Shown one piece after another: positions 1 to 7,503 of a DNA stretch of 17,651 bases (its first letter is position 1; every line of letters begins with the position of its first letter). The notes under the pieces are model-generated. The model worked only from the letters and a program-made list of their open reading frames with translations. It had not been told where the DNA came from and made no database searches. This DNA is from Promethearchaeota archaeon. GTDB taxonomy: Archaea > Asgardarchaeota > Thorarchaeia > Thorarchaeales > Thorarchaeaceae. The position numbers and the translations under genes are program-made. The DNA lies in contig JALVPN010000047.1 of NCBI GenBank assembly GCA_027031765.1, positions 1 through 17,651 of the forward strand, in the 5' to 3' direction.

Positions 1-20
1 GCCTTAATGAGGGTGGCCAT
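1..20 (-). CDS. Possible 5' end of a minus-strand gene running off the left edge (MATLIK...)
   Basis: ATG at 20-18 is directly preceded by CTGGAG. The frame is open from 242 to the edge, and TATA-like elements at 277-284 and 363-370 could face this way. There is too little sequence to confirm or identify it. Confidence 0.25.
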
Positions 21-109
21 CTCCAGCAGTGTTGCGACGGCCAGGAGGCCGGACTGCTCTGCACGGTCCACCTGCCCAAGATGGCCATGTCCACGAGTGT
101 TGCGACGGC
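14..109. repeat. Imperfect 28-bp direct repeat (14-41 and 82-109, 25/28 identical, 40-nt spacer); a much weaker third copy lies at 143-170
   Basis: TGGCCATCTCCAGCAGTGTTGCGACGGC versus TGGCCATGTCCACGAGTGTTGCGACGGC, read directly from the sequence. Confidence 0.75.
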
Positions 110-276
110 TGTCCAGTCCTGAGACCACCCTCAAGTGCCCGTGGGTCAGACGCAGCAGTCGCAGGACGGCGTGTACCGGTCTCCAAGCGGACGTAGCGTT
201 GTCCTGTCCGGTGCGTGCGGTCACTCGCACGTACAGTGCATGCTAACACCCGGGCCGCCGCGTCCGAGTAGCTATG

Positions 277-442
277 GATAAATAGTCCGGGCCACACGCC
301 ACCCCCCTGTCCGGTGTACCCGTACCTGGCGGTGTGGCCGGGCCTGGTACACAATGGGAACGTTCATAAGACAGTCATGGGCCGTGCGCCCACTACAGTA
401 AATTGACGTAACGGAGTTCGACAATCTCCGAACTCAAGGAGG
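277..442. promoter_or_regulatory. Upstream control region of the mvaS operon: AT-rich TATA-like boxes (278-284, 363-370, 398-406), GC hairpin (290-301/327-339), inverted repeat GAGTTCG-N8-CGAACTC (414-435) and SD AGGAGG (437-442)
   Basis: These are the only AT-rich patches in a GC-rich intergenic region. The inverted repeats and SD were read directly. Which box is the functional TATA is uncertain. Confidence 0.45.
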
Positions 443-452
443 CACAAGTTGG

Positions 453-1496
453 ATGGTCGGAATTGTAGGATATGGTGTCTACATCCCGCGATACCGTATC
501 AAGACCGAAGAGATTGCCCGGGTCTGGGGCGAGGACGGAGAGAAGCTCGCCCGTGGGCTGGGCGTATTCGAGAAGTCTGTGCCCGGGCCTGACGAGGATG
601 TGGCAACGATCAGTGTAGAGGCTGCCCGCAATGCTGTGAAGTATGCCCGCATTGACCCGAGGGACATTGGGGCCATATATGTGGGGTCCGAGTCGCACCC
701 CTACGCTGTGAAGCCGACCGGGACAATAGTTGCTGAGGCAATCGAGTGTTCGACGGACATCACATGTGCGGACTATGAGTTTGCCTGCAAGGCCGGCACC
801 GCTGCCATACAGACCTGCATGGGCCTTGTCGAGTCGGGCATGATAAAGCTCGGACTTGCGATTGGTGCTGACACTGCCCAGGGGCGTCCTGGTGACGCCC
901 TCGAGTACTCGGCCGCTGCTGGTGGCGCGGCCTACATCATTGGCAAGGAGAATGTGGTGGCCACCATCGAGGCGACTGCCTCCTTCACGACGGACACGCC
1001 GGACTTCTGGCGTCGTGAGGGCGAGGACTTTCCCAGCCACGGTGCACGTTTCACGGGAGAGCCCGCGTACTTCAGGCATGTGGGTGCAGCGACGCGGCTG
1101 CTCCTTGACAAGACCGACACCACGATTGCTGACTACGACTACTTCGTATTCCACATGCCGAACGGCAAGTTCCCTGTGTCGATGGGCCGTCAGTTGAAGA
1201 TACCCAAGGAGAAGTTGGAGGACAGCCTTGTCGTGCGGCAGATAGGGAACACGTACAGCGGGTCGTCAATGATCGGTCTGGCGAGGGTACTCGACAGGGC
1301 CGAGCCGGGCCAGAAGATATTCATGACCTCGTACGGCTCTGGGGCCGGCAGTGACGCCTTCGTCTTCCGGGTGGAGGACGCGATACTGGAGAGGCGTGGT
1401 GAGGTGCCCACAGTGGACGACTACATTGCACGGAAGACGTACATTGACTACTCGACCTATGCAAAGTACCGGCGCAAGATCAAGGCACTGGCATGA
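453..1496 (+). CDS. mvaS: Hydroxymethylglutaryl-CoA synthase (archaeal type)
   Basis: 347 aa; GSES, catalytic [16 protein letters not shown] and GNTYSGSS motifs; SD AGGAGG; adjacent to thiolase and DUF35. Confidence 0.96.
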   Translation: MVGIVGYGVYIPRYRIKTEEIARVWGEDGEKLARGLGVFEKSVPGPDEDVATISVEAARNAVKYARIDPRDIGAIYVGSESHPYAVKPTGTIVAEAIECSTDITCADYEFACKAGTAAIQTCMGLVESGMIKLGLAIGADTAQGRPGDALEYSAAAGGAAYIIGKENVVATIEATASFTTDTPDFWRREGEDFPSHGARFTGEPAYFRHVGAATRLLLDKTDTTIADYDYFVFHMPNGKFPVSMGRQLKIPKEKLEDSLVVRQIGNTYSGSSMIGLARVLDRAEPGQKIFMTSYGSGAGSDAFVFRVEDAILERRGEVPTVDDYIARKTYIDYSTYAKYRRKIKALA

Positions 1497-1523
1497 GATG
1501 TTATGTTTCAGGGGATGGCACAG

Positions 1524-2684
1524 ATGAGTAGGGACGTTGCAATCATTGGCGTTGGCATGAGCAAGTTCGGTGAGCTCTGGGACAAGAACCTGCGCGACAT
1601 CACCCTTGAGGCCGGGATGTACGCGATCTTCGACTCTGGTGTGCGCGGTGCGGACATCGACGCCGTGTGCATCGGGAACATGAGTGCCGGCAGGTTCACC
1701 GGACAGGAACACCTCGGTGCCCTGGCTGCGGACATGGGCGGTCTTGGACACATCCCGGCGTACAGCGTCGAGGCCGCCTGTGCGAGTGGCGGCGCCGCAG
1801 TACGACAGGCCTACATGGCAATAAAGTCTGGCGAGCACGATGTGATGCTCGTCCTTGGCTGCGAGAAGATGAGTGACGTGAACCAGTCACAGGCGATGTA
1901 CACGGTCAGCGTGGCATCGGACTGGGAGTGGGAGGGCATGTTCGGGGCGACCTTCCCTGCCCTCTATGCGTTCATCGCCCGCCGGCACATGCTCGAGTAC
2001 GGGACGACCGAGGAACAGCTCGCAATGGTCGCCGTGAAGAACCACAAGAACGCGGTCGAGAACCCGTGGGCACAGTTCCGGAGGGCGCTCCCACTTGAGG
2101 TGGTCATGAACTCGGGCCTCATAGCAGACCCGATCCGGGTACTCCATGCGTCGCCGGTCAGCGACGGTGCTGCGGGCCTGGTGCTGTGCTCTGCTGACAG
2201 GGCAAAGGAGTTCACGGACACGCCGGTCTACATTGAGGCATCTGCACAGGCGAGCGATACCCTCGCACTCCACGACCGTGAGGACATCACCCGGATGGAC
2301 GCTGCTGTGATATCCGCGCGCGAGGCGCTGAAACAGGCGGGTGTCAGCATCAAGGACATCGACGTGTTCGAGCTCCACGACAGCTTCACGATCAGTGAGA
2401 TTGTCCTGACGGAGGATGTGGGCATTGTTGAGAAGGGGCAGGGCGGCAAGGCCGTTGAAGAGGGCCTCACTGAGATTGACGGCAAGTTCCCAGTGAACAC
2501 GTCGGGTGGTCTGAAGGCACGTGGACACCCCATTGGGGCCACTGGTGTCGCCCAGATCGTGGAGCTCGTGCTGCAGCTGCGTGGCGATGCCGAGAAGCGC
2601 CAGGTCGACGGCGCGGAGAAGGGGATGGCGGTCAACATCGGTGGCACTGGGGCCACCTCAATAGTGCACATCCTCGGGAGGTGA
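1524..2684 (+). CDS. Acetoacetyl-CoA thiolase (acetyl-CoA C-acetyltransferase, archaeal type)
   Basis: EAACASG nucleophile Cys, KNHKN, ELHDSF and GGLKARGHPIGATG motifs. Start placed at MSRDVAIIG (1524) because family members begin this way; ATG 1503 is an alternative. Confidence 0.94.
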   Translation: MSRDVAIIGVGMSKFGELWDKNLRDITLEAGMYAIFDSGVRGADIDAVCIGNMSAGRFTGQEHLGALAADMGGLGHIPAYSVEAACASGGAAVRQAYMAIKSGEHDVMLVLGCEKMSDVNQSQAMYTVSVASDWEWEGMFGATFPALYAFIARRHMLEYGTTEEQLAMVAVKNHKNAVENPWAQFRRALPLEVVMNSGLIADPIRVLHASPVSDGAAGLVLCSADRAKEFTDTPVYIEASAQASDTLALHDREDITRMDAAVISAREALKQAGVSIKDIDVFELHDSFTISEIVLTEDVGIVEKGQGGKAVEEGLTEIDGKFPVNTSGGLKARGHPIGATGVAQIVELVLQLRGDAEKRQVDGAEKGMAVNIGGTGATSIVHILGR

Positions 2685-2691
2685 TATGATA

Positions 2692-3117
2692 ATGGCTGAC
2701 CAAGGCGGAGTGGCACAGGTCTGGCGGAGGATTCGCTCTATCTACAACATCCAGGGCAACCACTGTACCACATGCGACACGTACTACTTCCCACCACGCC
2801 TGGTGTGTCCGAAGTGCAGGCGCAAGGGCAAGCTTGAGGACTACCGGTTCAAGGGGCTTGGCACGGTCTACACCTTTGCCATTGTCAGACAGGCGCCGCA
2901 GGACTTCAAGAGGCAGGTGCCCTATGTGGTGGCACAGGTGCAGCTCGATGAGGGCCCGAGGCTGACAGCACAGATAGTCAACTGTGAGCCATCAAGCGTC
3001 CACATCGGTATGCGTGTGCGTGCGTGTTTCCGCAAGATCACAGAGTACGGCCACGGTGGGATCATCGTCTACGGCTACAAGTTCGAGCCCACCATGCGTG
3101 TGACCGGCCACGACTGA
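2692..3117 (+). CDS. DUF35 family Zn-ribbon/OB-fold scaffold subunit of the thiolase-HMGCS complex
   Basis: CTTC...CPKC rubredoxin-like Zn ribbon, OB-fold region and YGYKF end. SD GGAGGTGA lies 7 nt before ATG 2692; ATG 2686 is an alternative. Confidence 0.93.
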   Translation: MADQGGVAQVWRRIRSIYNIQGNHCTTCDTYYFPPRLVCPKCRRKGKLEDYRFKGLGTVYTFAIVRQAPQDFKRQVPYVVAQVQLDEGPRLTAQIVNCEPSSVHIGMRVRACFRKITEYGHGGIIVYGYKFEPTMRVTGHD

Positions 3118-3137
3118 CTCCTGAGTGCACGCTATGG

Positions 3138-3163
3138 CCCGGGGCAACGTTGCGTGCCCCGGG
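3138..3163. terminator. Perfect 9-bp GC stem-loop just after the DUF35 stop (possible transcript 3'-end structure)
   Basis: CCCGGGGCA (3138-3146) and TGCCCCGGG (3155-3163) with an 8-nt loop. There is no T-tract, so a terminator role is uncertain. Confidence 0.3.
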
Positions 3164-3267
3164 TGCCCACCCTCTTGACCACGGGGACTGGGGCTCACTT
3201 CATGGCCCGACGTGACTACCTCGTTACGGGACTGTACTGCAGGTCTGGCGTGGTCACCGCCAACGGC

Positions 3268-3395
3268 CGGTGTGTCGCACCACACGACGTGGTCACCATA
3301 CGGTGATACTCCGGCGAGAGAAGGAGACCGGTCCCACACCCGTTGTGTCACGACACGGGACAATGTTGCGGTGTGTCGCCCCCCACATGGTCGCG
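3268..3395. repeat. Imperfect direct repeat in the convergent intergenic region (CGGTGTGTCGC...TGGTC at 3268 and 3369)
   Basis: 11-bp exact core CGGTGTGTCGC at 3268-3278 and 3369-3379 with similar downstream sequence. CGTGGTCACC also occurs twice (3249 and 3288). Confidence 0.5.
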
Positions 3396-3442
3396 GTACG
3401 GTAGTCCGGCATGACCAATCCGGGAGGGTTACGGACAGGCCG

Positions 3443-4132
3443 TCATACCTCTATCACTGTCGTCGAGCGGACTGCTGGGAATGCAACATTGTAGACGGTA
3501 GAACGGCCGAGCACTGCGTGGTGCTTTACGGAGTTGTGGACATGGCCGTGGACGACAAGGTCTGGCTGGGTCTCCAGGACCACCGAGTAGAACTTCTTGC
3601 TCCCGAGGACGCCGAAGGCGCGTGAGTCCTCCCCTTCGCAGGTCTCGATGCAGGGGCTGTAGTGCATCAGCAGCACAGTGATGTCTGCGTTGTGCGATAC
3701 AGACACGAGGAGTTGGGCTGCACGTTCTGCGCGCCTCTCGAAGACGCTCTTCACGTTTGGGATGTTCCTCTTCTGCCAGACTGTGGGCCTGTCCAGGGAG
3801 CCCTGTGTCCCCACGATGCCCACGCGGCGCCGCCGTCGACGGACAATGGTCGCTGTCTCGTCGAGCAGCATGACCCTGCGGCCCACGGCCTCTCTTATCT
3901 GGTCACGCACATCTGTGTACTCCTCGTTTCCAAAGCAGGCCACCAGTGGGAACCCGGTGCCCAGCGTGTCGTCTATGACATCGAGTACCCTCGGGTACTC
4001 CTCCACGTTGCCCCGGAGTATCATGTCGCCTGCAATCAGGAAGAGGTCGGGCCGCTGTCGCCCGGTGAGGTCTTCTCTGAACTGTTCGAGGTATCGTGGA
4101 CTGTGGATATCGGCGACGGCCAGTATCCTCAT
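3443..4132 (-). CDS. Calcineurin-like metallophosphoesterase (Icc-related)
   Basis: 229 aa; DIH, AGD, GNEE, MH and HGHVH metal-ligand motifs in canonical order. Confidence 0.9.
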   Translation of the reverse strand: MRILAVADIHSPRYLEQFREDLTGRQRPDLFLIAGDMILRGNVEEYPRVLDVIDDTLGTGFPLVACFGNEEYTDVRDQIREAVGRRVMLLDETATIVRRRRRRVGIVGTQGSLDRPTVWQKRNIPNVKSVFERRAERAAQLLVSVSHNADITVLLMHYSPCIETCEGEDSRAFGVLGSKKFYSVVLETQPDLVVHGHVHNSVKHHAVLGRSTVYNVAFPAVRSTTVIEV

Positions 4133-4170
4133 CTTCCAGCACTCTGACTGCGTTGGGTGGTCTCCTCAAC

Positions 4171-4219
4171 GGGTCACAGATATTAAAGTCTGGATGTTGA
4201 ACAGGTCAGCAGGTGACCC
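4171..4219. promoter_or_regulatory. Probable bidirectional promoter: TATTAAAG/CTTTAATA box (4181-4188) flanked by inverted repeat GGGTCAC (4171-4177) / GTGACCC (4213-4219); SD AGGTGA (4211-4216)
   Basis: Single AT-rich box in the 89-bp gap between divergent genes, at a plausible distance from both starts. Confidence 0.55.
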
Positions 4220-4221
4220 AT

Positions 4222-5223
4222 ATGGGCGGAACCTGGGCGCTGAACCTCTTTGACCGGCTCCACCTCGGACACCACGTCATGCTTGAACGGCTGGCTGACA
4301 TGCCTGCTCCCGTTGCCTGTGTCACTGGCGGCGAGCTGGTGGCCCACGACCTCGAACTGGCACAGATAGTCCAGCCACTGGCACTGCGCGTCCAGAGGCT
4401 CAAGGAGTACCTGCGTGACGTCGGACTTGACGACACGATACAGGTCACGAGTCTCACGTCATTCAGGGAGCTCCTGCGCATCGAGGGGGCGACGCAGTTC
4501 CTGATGTATGCCGGGCCGTGCTGTGACGAGATCAGGGAACACGGCCTGAGGGCCCGACTCCAGGTCTGGCCGGACGACAAGTTGGAATACCTCAAGCCGG
4601 TGCGGGCGCAGGACGGTGAGAAGCTGACGTCAGCAAGGGTACGGAAAGGGGAGGTCGACCGGATGGGGCGGCTCCTGCGAGGGACTGAGGAGCCACCGAG
4701 GCGGCTGCCACTCCACGACCGGGCGCGGCTGCAGACGCCGAAGGGCGAGGTGCTCGATAAGCGTGACGGCCCTCCGGAGGACAGGGCTGTGCGCATGATT
4801 GAGCGGGAAACACCACCACTCGTCATCGCAGTAGGTGACGTCACCTCCGCCACTCTGATCCGTGCCGGCTTCCAGCCCGATGTCTGCATTGTCGATGGGG
4901 CCACCAAGCGCGGTGCCTATGGCGGAGTGGTCCATGCAGAGCGCCAGTATCTCGTCTACAACCCGGCAGGTGTCCTATACCCCGAGGCCTGGTCTGTTGT
5001 GGGCACTGCGGTGGACGATGGCTGCAAGTCCGTGGTCTTTGTCGACGGTGAGGAGGACCTCCTCGGGTTCCCTGCGGTCCTGCTGGCACCAGAGGGTGCT
5101 GTCATGCTCTATGGACAGCCGGACGTTGGGATTGTCTGGGTGCCGGTGACGGAGGAGAACCGTACACGGGCACGCAGGTTCCTCGAAGAGATGCCAGTCA
5201 TTGGCCCCGGTCCAGCCGCATAG
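4222..5223 (+). CDS. coaD: Fused phosphopantetheine adenylyltransferase-like domain (archaeal CoaD) plus DUF359 GTP-dependent dephospho-CoA kinase
   Basis: The N-domain has FDRLHLGH (HxGH) and QDGEKLTSARVRKGEVDRMGRLL, a typical archaeal PPAT C-terminus. The C-domain has VGDVTS, IVDGATKR, NPAG, VDGEEDLL and LYGQP (DUF359). ATG 4222 follows the SD AGGTGA. Confidence 0.85.
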   Translation: MGGTWALNLFDRLHLGHHVMLERLADMPAPVACVTGGELVAHDLELAQIVQPLALRVQRLKEYLRDVGLDDTIQVTSLTSFRELLRIEGATQFLMYAGPCCDEIREHGLRARLQVWPDDKLEYLKPVRAQDGEKLTSARVRKGEVDRMGRLLRGTEEPPRRLPLHDRARLQTPKGEVLDKRDGPPEDRAVRMIERETPPLVIAVGDVTSATLIRAGFQPDVCIVDGATKRGAYGGVVHAERQYLVYNPAGVLYPEAWSVVGTAVDDGCKSVVFVDGEEDLLGFPAVLLAPEGAVMLYGQPDVGIVWVPVTEENRTRARRFLEEMPVIGPGPAA

Positions 5224-6727
5224 CCGACGGGAGCATCCTGATCCAGTCAGTGGGCGCTATGTGGTCGCCCAGTTCATGCTGTGCGAGTGTGCCTGCCACA
5301 CCCGACACGAACGCTGCTGCCGCGGCCGCACTCATTGCCCCCTCGCCCCGGGCCAGCAGGGCTGCCGTGATGCCTGTGAGGACATCGCCTGTGCCCCCAA
5401 CGGTCATTGCCGGGACGCCGGTCCTGTTCAGCTTGTAGTCACCGGACGGGGCTGCGACCACGTCCACTGGGCCCTTGAGGAGGACAGTTGCCTGGTAGCG
5501 CCCGGCGGCCTCCACTGCTGCTGAGACCCTCTGCTGGGTGTCCTCTGGAGCGGGTGCACTCCTCCCGAGCAGCACGCACAGCTCGCCCCAGTGAGGTGTC
5601 AGGATGCTGTCCTCGGGGCTGAGCCTCACGCCCGAGTCTGCCAGTGCCTTCAGGCCGTCTGCGTCAATGACCACTCGCCGGCCCATCCCCATTAGCTCGC
5701 GAACAAACTCAACAACAGCGCTCTTCGTGGCACTGTCCAGGCCGAGCCCGGGGCCAAGGGCAACGACATCCGAACGTTGGGCGAGCGACACCGCGGTCGC
5801 AAGGGCCTCCTCACAGAACACCTCAGTCCCTGTCGGGTGCACCATGAGCTCTGGGCCGTAGGCCCTGATGGCCGGGACTACCGGGTCGGGTGCGAGCACG
5901 GTGACGAGGTCGGCCCCGGTCCTCAGTGCAGCCATTCCAGCAAGTGCTGGTGCACCAGAGTATACGTTGCTGCCCCCAACGACGAGGATGCGTCCAAAGT
6001 CGCCCTTGTGGGCCCTGGCCGGGCGTGGCCTGGCGAAGAGCCACAGGTCACCCCTGCCGCATGTCCGTGCAGCTTCGGGCGGGATGCCGATAGGGACGAC
6101 GTGGAGCTGGCCGACGTACTCCTCTGCCGACAGGAGGCCGACCTTTGGGGCATGGAGTGTCACTGTGTGGTGTGCCCTGACCGCGTCGCCGTGCACCTCT
6201 CCCGTGTCCGAGTCGATGCCCGTAGGCACATCAATGGCGTACCTTATGCCCGGGGCCTCGTTGATTGTCCGCACTGCTGTCAGTATGGGCTCTCTGAGGC
6301 GGCTCCGGACACCGAAGCCCAGCAGTGCGTCGACCACCACATCAGCCTCACGGACGGCGTCGCAGGAAACCACTGCGCTCTCGGTCTTGAGCACACCGTG
6401 TCTGATGTCGTGGAGCCGCTCCAGGATGCGCCAGTTCATGGCGGTGTCCGGACTACGGATTCCCTCCTCCGGCCCGATGAGGTATACCTCGACGTCGGCA
6501 CCGCTCTCACACAGGTGCCGTGCTGCGACCATGCCGTCGCCGCCATTGCCACCCGGGCCACACAGGACCACGACCCTGCGTCCACTCACGGGCGTCGTCT
6601 GTCCTATGACCCTCGCCACTTCCCTGCCGGCGTTCTGCATCAGCATGGACAGGGTAACACCGAGGTAGTCCGAGTTCAGTTCCAGAACGCGCATCTGCTT
6701 GGTGGTCATCGGCCTGGTGTCCATCAT
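5198..6727 (-). CDS. nnr: Bifunctional NAD(P)H-hydrate epimerase / ADP-dependent NAD(P)H-hydrate dehydratase
   Basis: YjeF_N motifs (GPGGNGGDG, DALLGFG, IDVPTG) plus carbohydrate-kinase-family motifs (HKGDFG, YSGAPAL, GPGLG, DADGL, LTPHWGE, GGTGDVL). SD GGAGGT precedes ATGATG at 6727/6724. The 3' end overlaps the convergent coaD fusion by 26 nt. Confidence 0.95.
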   Translation of the reverse strand: MMDTRPMTTKQMRVLELNSDYLGVTLSMLMQNAGREVARVIGQTTPVSGRRVVVLCGPGGNGGDGMVAARHLCESGADVEVYLIGPEEGIRSPDTAMNWRILERLHDIRHGVLKTESAVVSCDAVREADVVVDALLGFGVRSRLREPILTAVRTINEAPGIRYAIDVPTGIDSDTGEVHGDAVRAHHTVTLHAPKVGLLSAEEYVGQLHVVPIGIPPEAARTCGRGDLWLFARPRPARAHKGDFGRILVVGGSNVYSGAPALAGMAALRTGADLVTVLAPDPVVPAIRAYGPELMVHPTGTEVFCEEALATAVSLAQRSDVVALGPGLGLDSATKSAVVEFVRELMGMGRRVVIDADGLKALADSGVRLSPEDSILTPHWGELCVLLGRSAPAPEDTQQRVSAAVEAAGRYQATVLLKGPVDVVAAPSGDYKLNRTGVPAMTVGGTGDVLTGITAALLARGEGAMSAAAAAAFVSGVAGTLAQHELGDHIAPTDWIRMLPSAMRLDRGQ

Positions 6728-6965
6728 CCTTACCTCCGTGCGCCGCCTTCTTGTCACAGCACGTTAATGAACACTTGGTCGTGTGTCAATACCCCTCTTG
6801 AAGGCTGTGCCATGCGCGCCCCACTCGAACCCCGGTCGCAGCACCACCACAGTCCGGCAGCACGCATGTCTGGCATCCGGTCAGCCGGTGGTCAGGTATG
6901 GTGTGTCGCCTCTGCACCTCTGCGCCCGTCCAGTCCGCTCTGTCCCTCCGACCCGCGTGCCCTTT

Positions 6966-6981
6966 GCAAACGCTTTTATGA
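6966..6981 (+). promoter_or_regulatory. BRE-TATA promoter of the redox operon (GCAAACGC-TTTTATGA); probably a leaderless first gene
   Basis: TTTTATGA at 6974-6981 with an A-rich BRE-like segment upstream. ATG 7005 lies about 24 nt downstream with no SD, which is typical archaeal leaderless geometry. Confidence 0.65.
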
Positions 6982-7004
6982 CCCTAGCAGGCGCAGGCCC
7001 AACC

Positions 7005-7466
7005 ATGCCCGACCAGACGCGTGCTGAGCTAGCCTCACGACTCATCCCGATGCTGCAGGAGATCCAGGAGGAGCTCGGGTACATAGCACCTGAGGCTGTT
7101 GAGTGGTTGTCCGAGCACCTGGGTGTCAGCAAGCAGGAGATATTCGGTGTGGCGACATTCTACAACTTCTTCAGGCTCAACCCTCCCGGGCGGCACGAGA
7201 TCCACGTCTGTCTTGGGACAGCGTGTCATGTGGGTGGTGGTGAGAAGCTCCTCGACACAATCCGGGAGAAGCTCGGTATTGAGCCGGGCGAGACCACCCC
7301 TGATGGACGGTTCAGTCTGGAGCGTGTGGCCTGTGTGGGTGCCTGTGCCCTCGCGCCGACGGTGGTCGTTGATGGAGAGGTCCACGGGCGCATGACGCAG
7401 CGCTCGCTGAAGCGCCTCCTGGACCGCATCGAGCGTGAGGACCGGGAGGCCATGGGGGGCAAGTAG
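7005..7466 (+). CDS. NuoE-like [2Fe-2S] subunit (HydC/BfuC/StnA-type)
   Basis: GVATFY, VCLGTACHV and ACVGACALAP (four Cys). Start set at MPDQ (7005) from the promoter position and family length; the upstream 74 codons of the ORF call are not protein-like. Confidence 0.92.
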   Translation: MPDQTRAELASRLIPMLQEIQEELGYIAPEAVEWLSEHLGVSKQEIFGVATFYNFFRLNPPGRHEIHVCLGTACHVGGGEKLLDTIREKLGIEPGETTPDGRFSLERVACVGACALAPTVVVDGEVHGRMTQRSLKRLLDRIEREDREAMGGK

Positions 7467-7503
7467 CACGGTCAGGTACCAGTGCGCAGGGAGCGTGTGA
7501 GGA

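Noticed and set aside
14-170. CRISPR array (28-bp repeat and 40-nt spacer geometry)
   Set aside because: Only two good copies with internal mismatches, a third copy at the wrong period with 17/28 identity, no palindromic repeat structure, and no cas genes in the window.
4-354. ORFs 4-354 (minus) and 7-246 (plus) as real genes
   Set aside because: Composition is not protein-like, there is no SD, and the minus ORF spans promoter-like elements.
412-430. tRNA T-arm-like hairpin CGGAG-TTCGACAAT-CTCCG
   Set aside because: The loop is 9 nt rather than 7, and no acceptor, D or anticodon arms can be built around it.
2373-2390. Thiolase ELHDSF instead of the common HDCF/HDAF
   Set aside because: This position varies in the family, and the nucleophile Cys (EAAC) and both His residues are intact.
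6783-7004. 74-codon N-terminal extension of the NuoE-like ORF
   Set aside because: Not protein-like, and it overlaps the BRE-TATA element. The family-typical sequence begins at ATG 7005.
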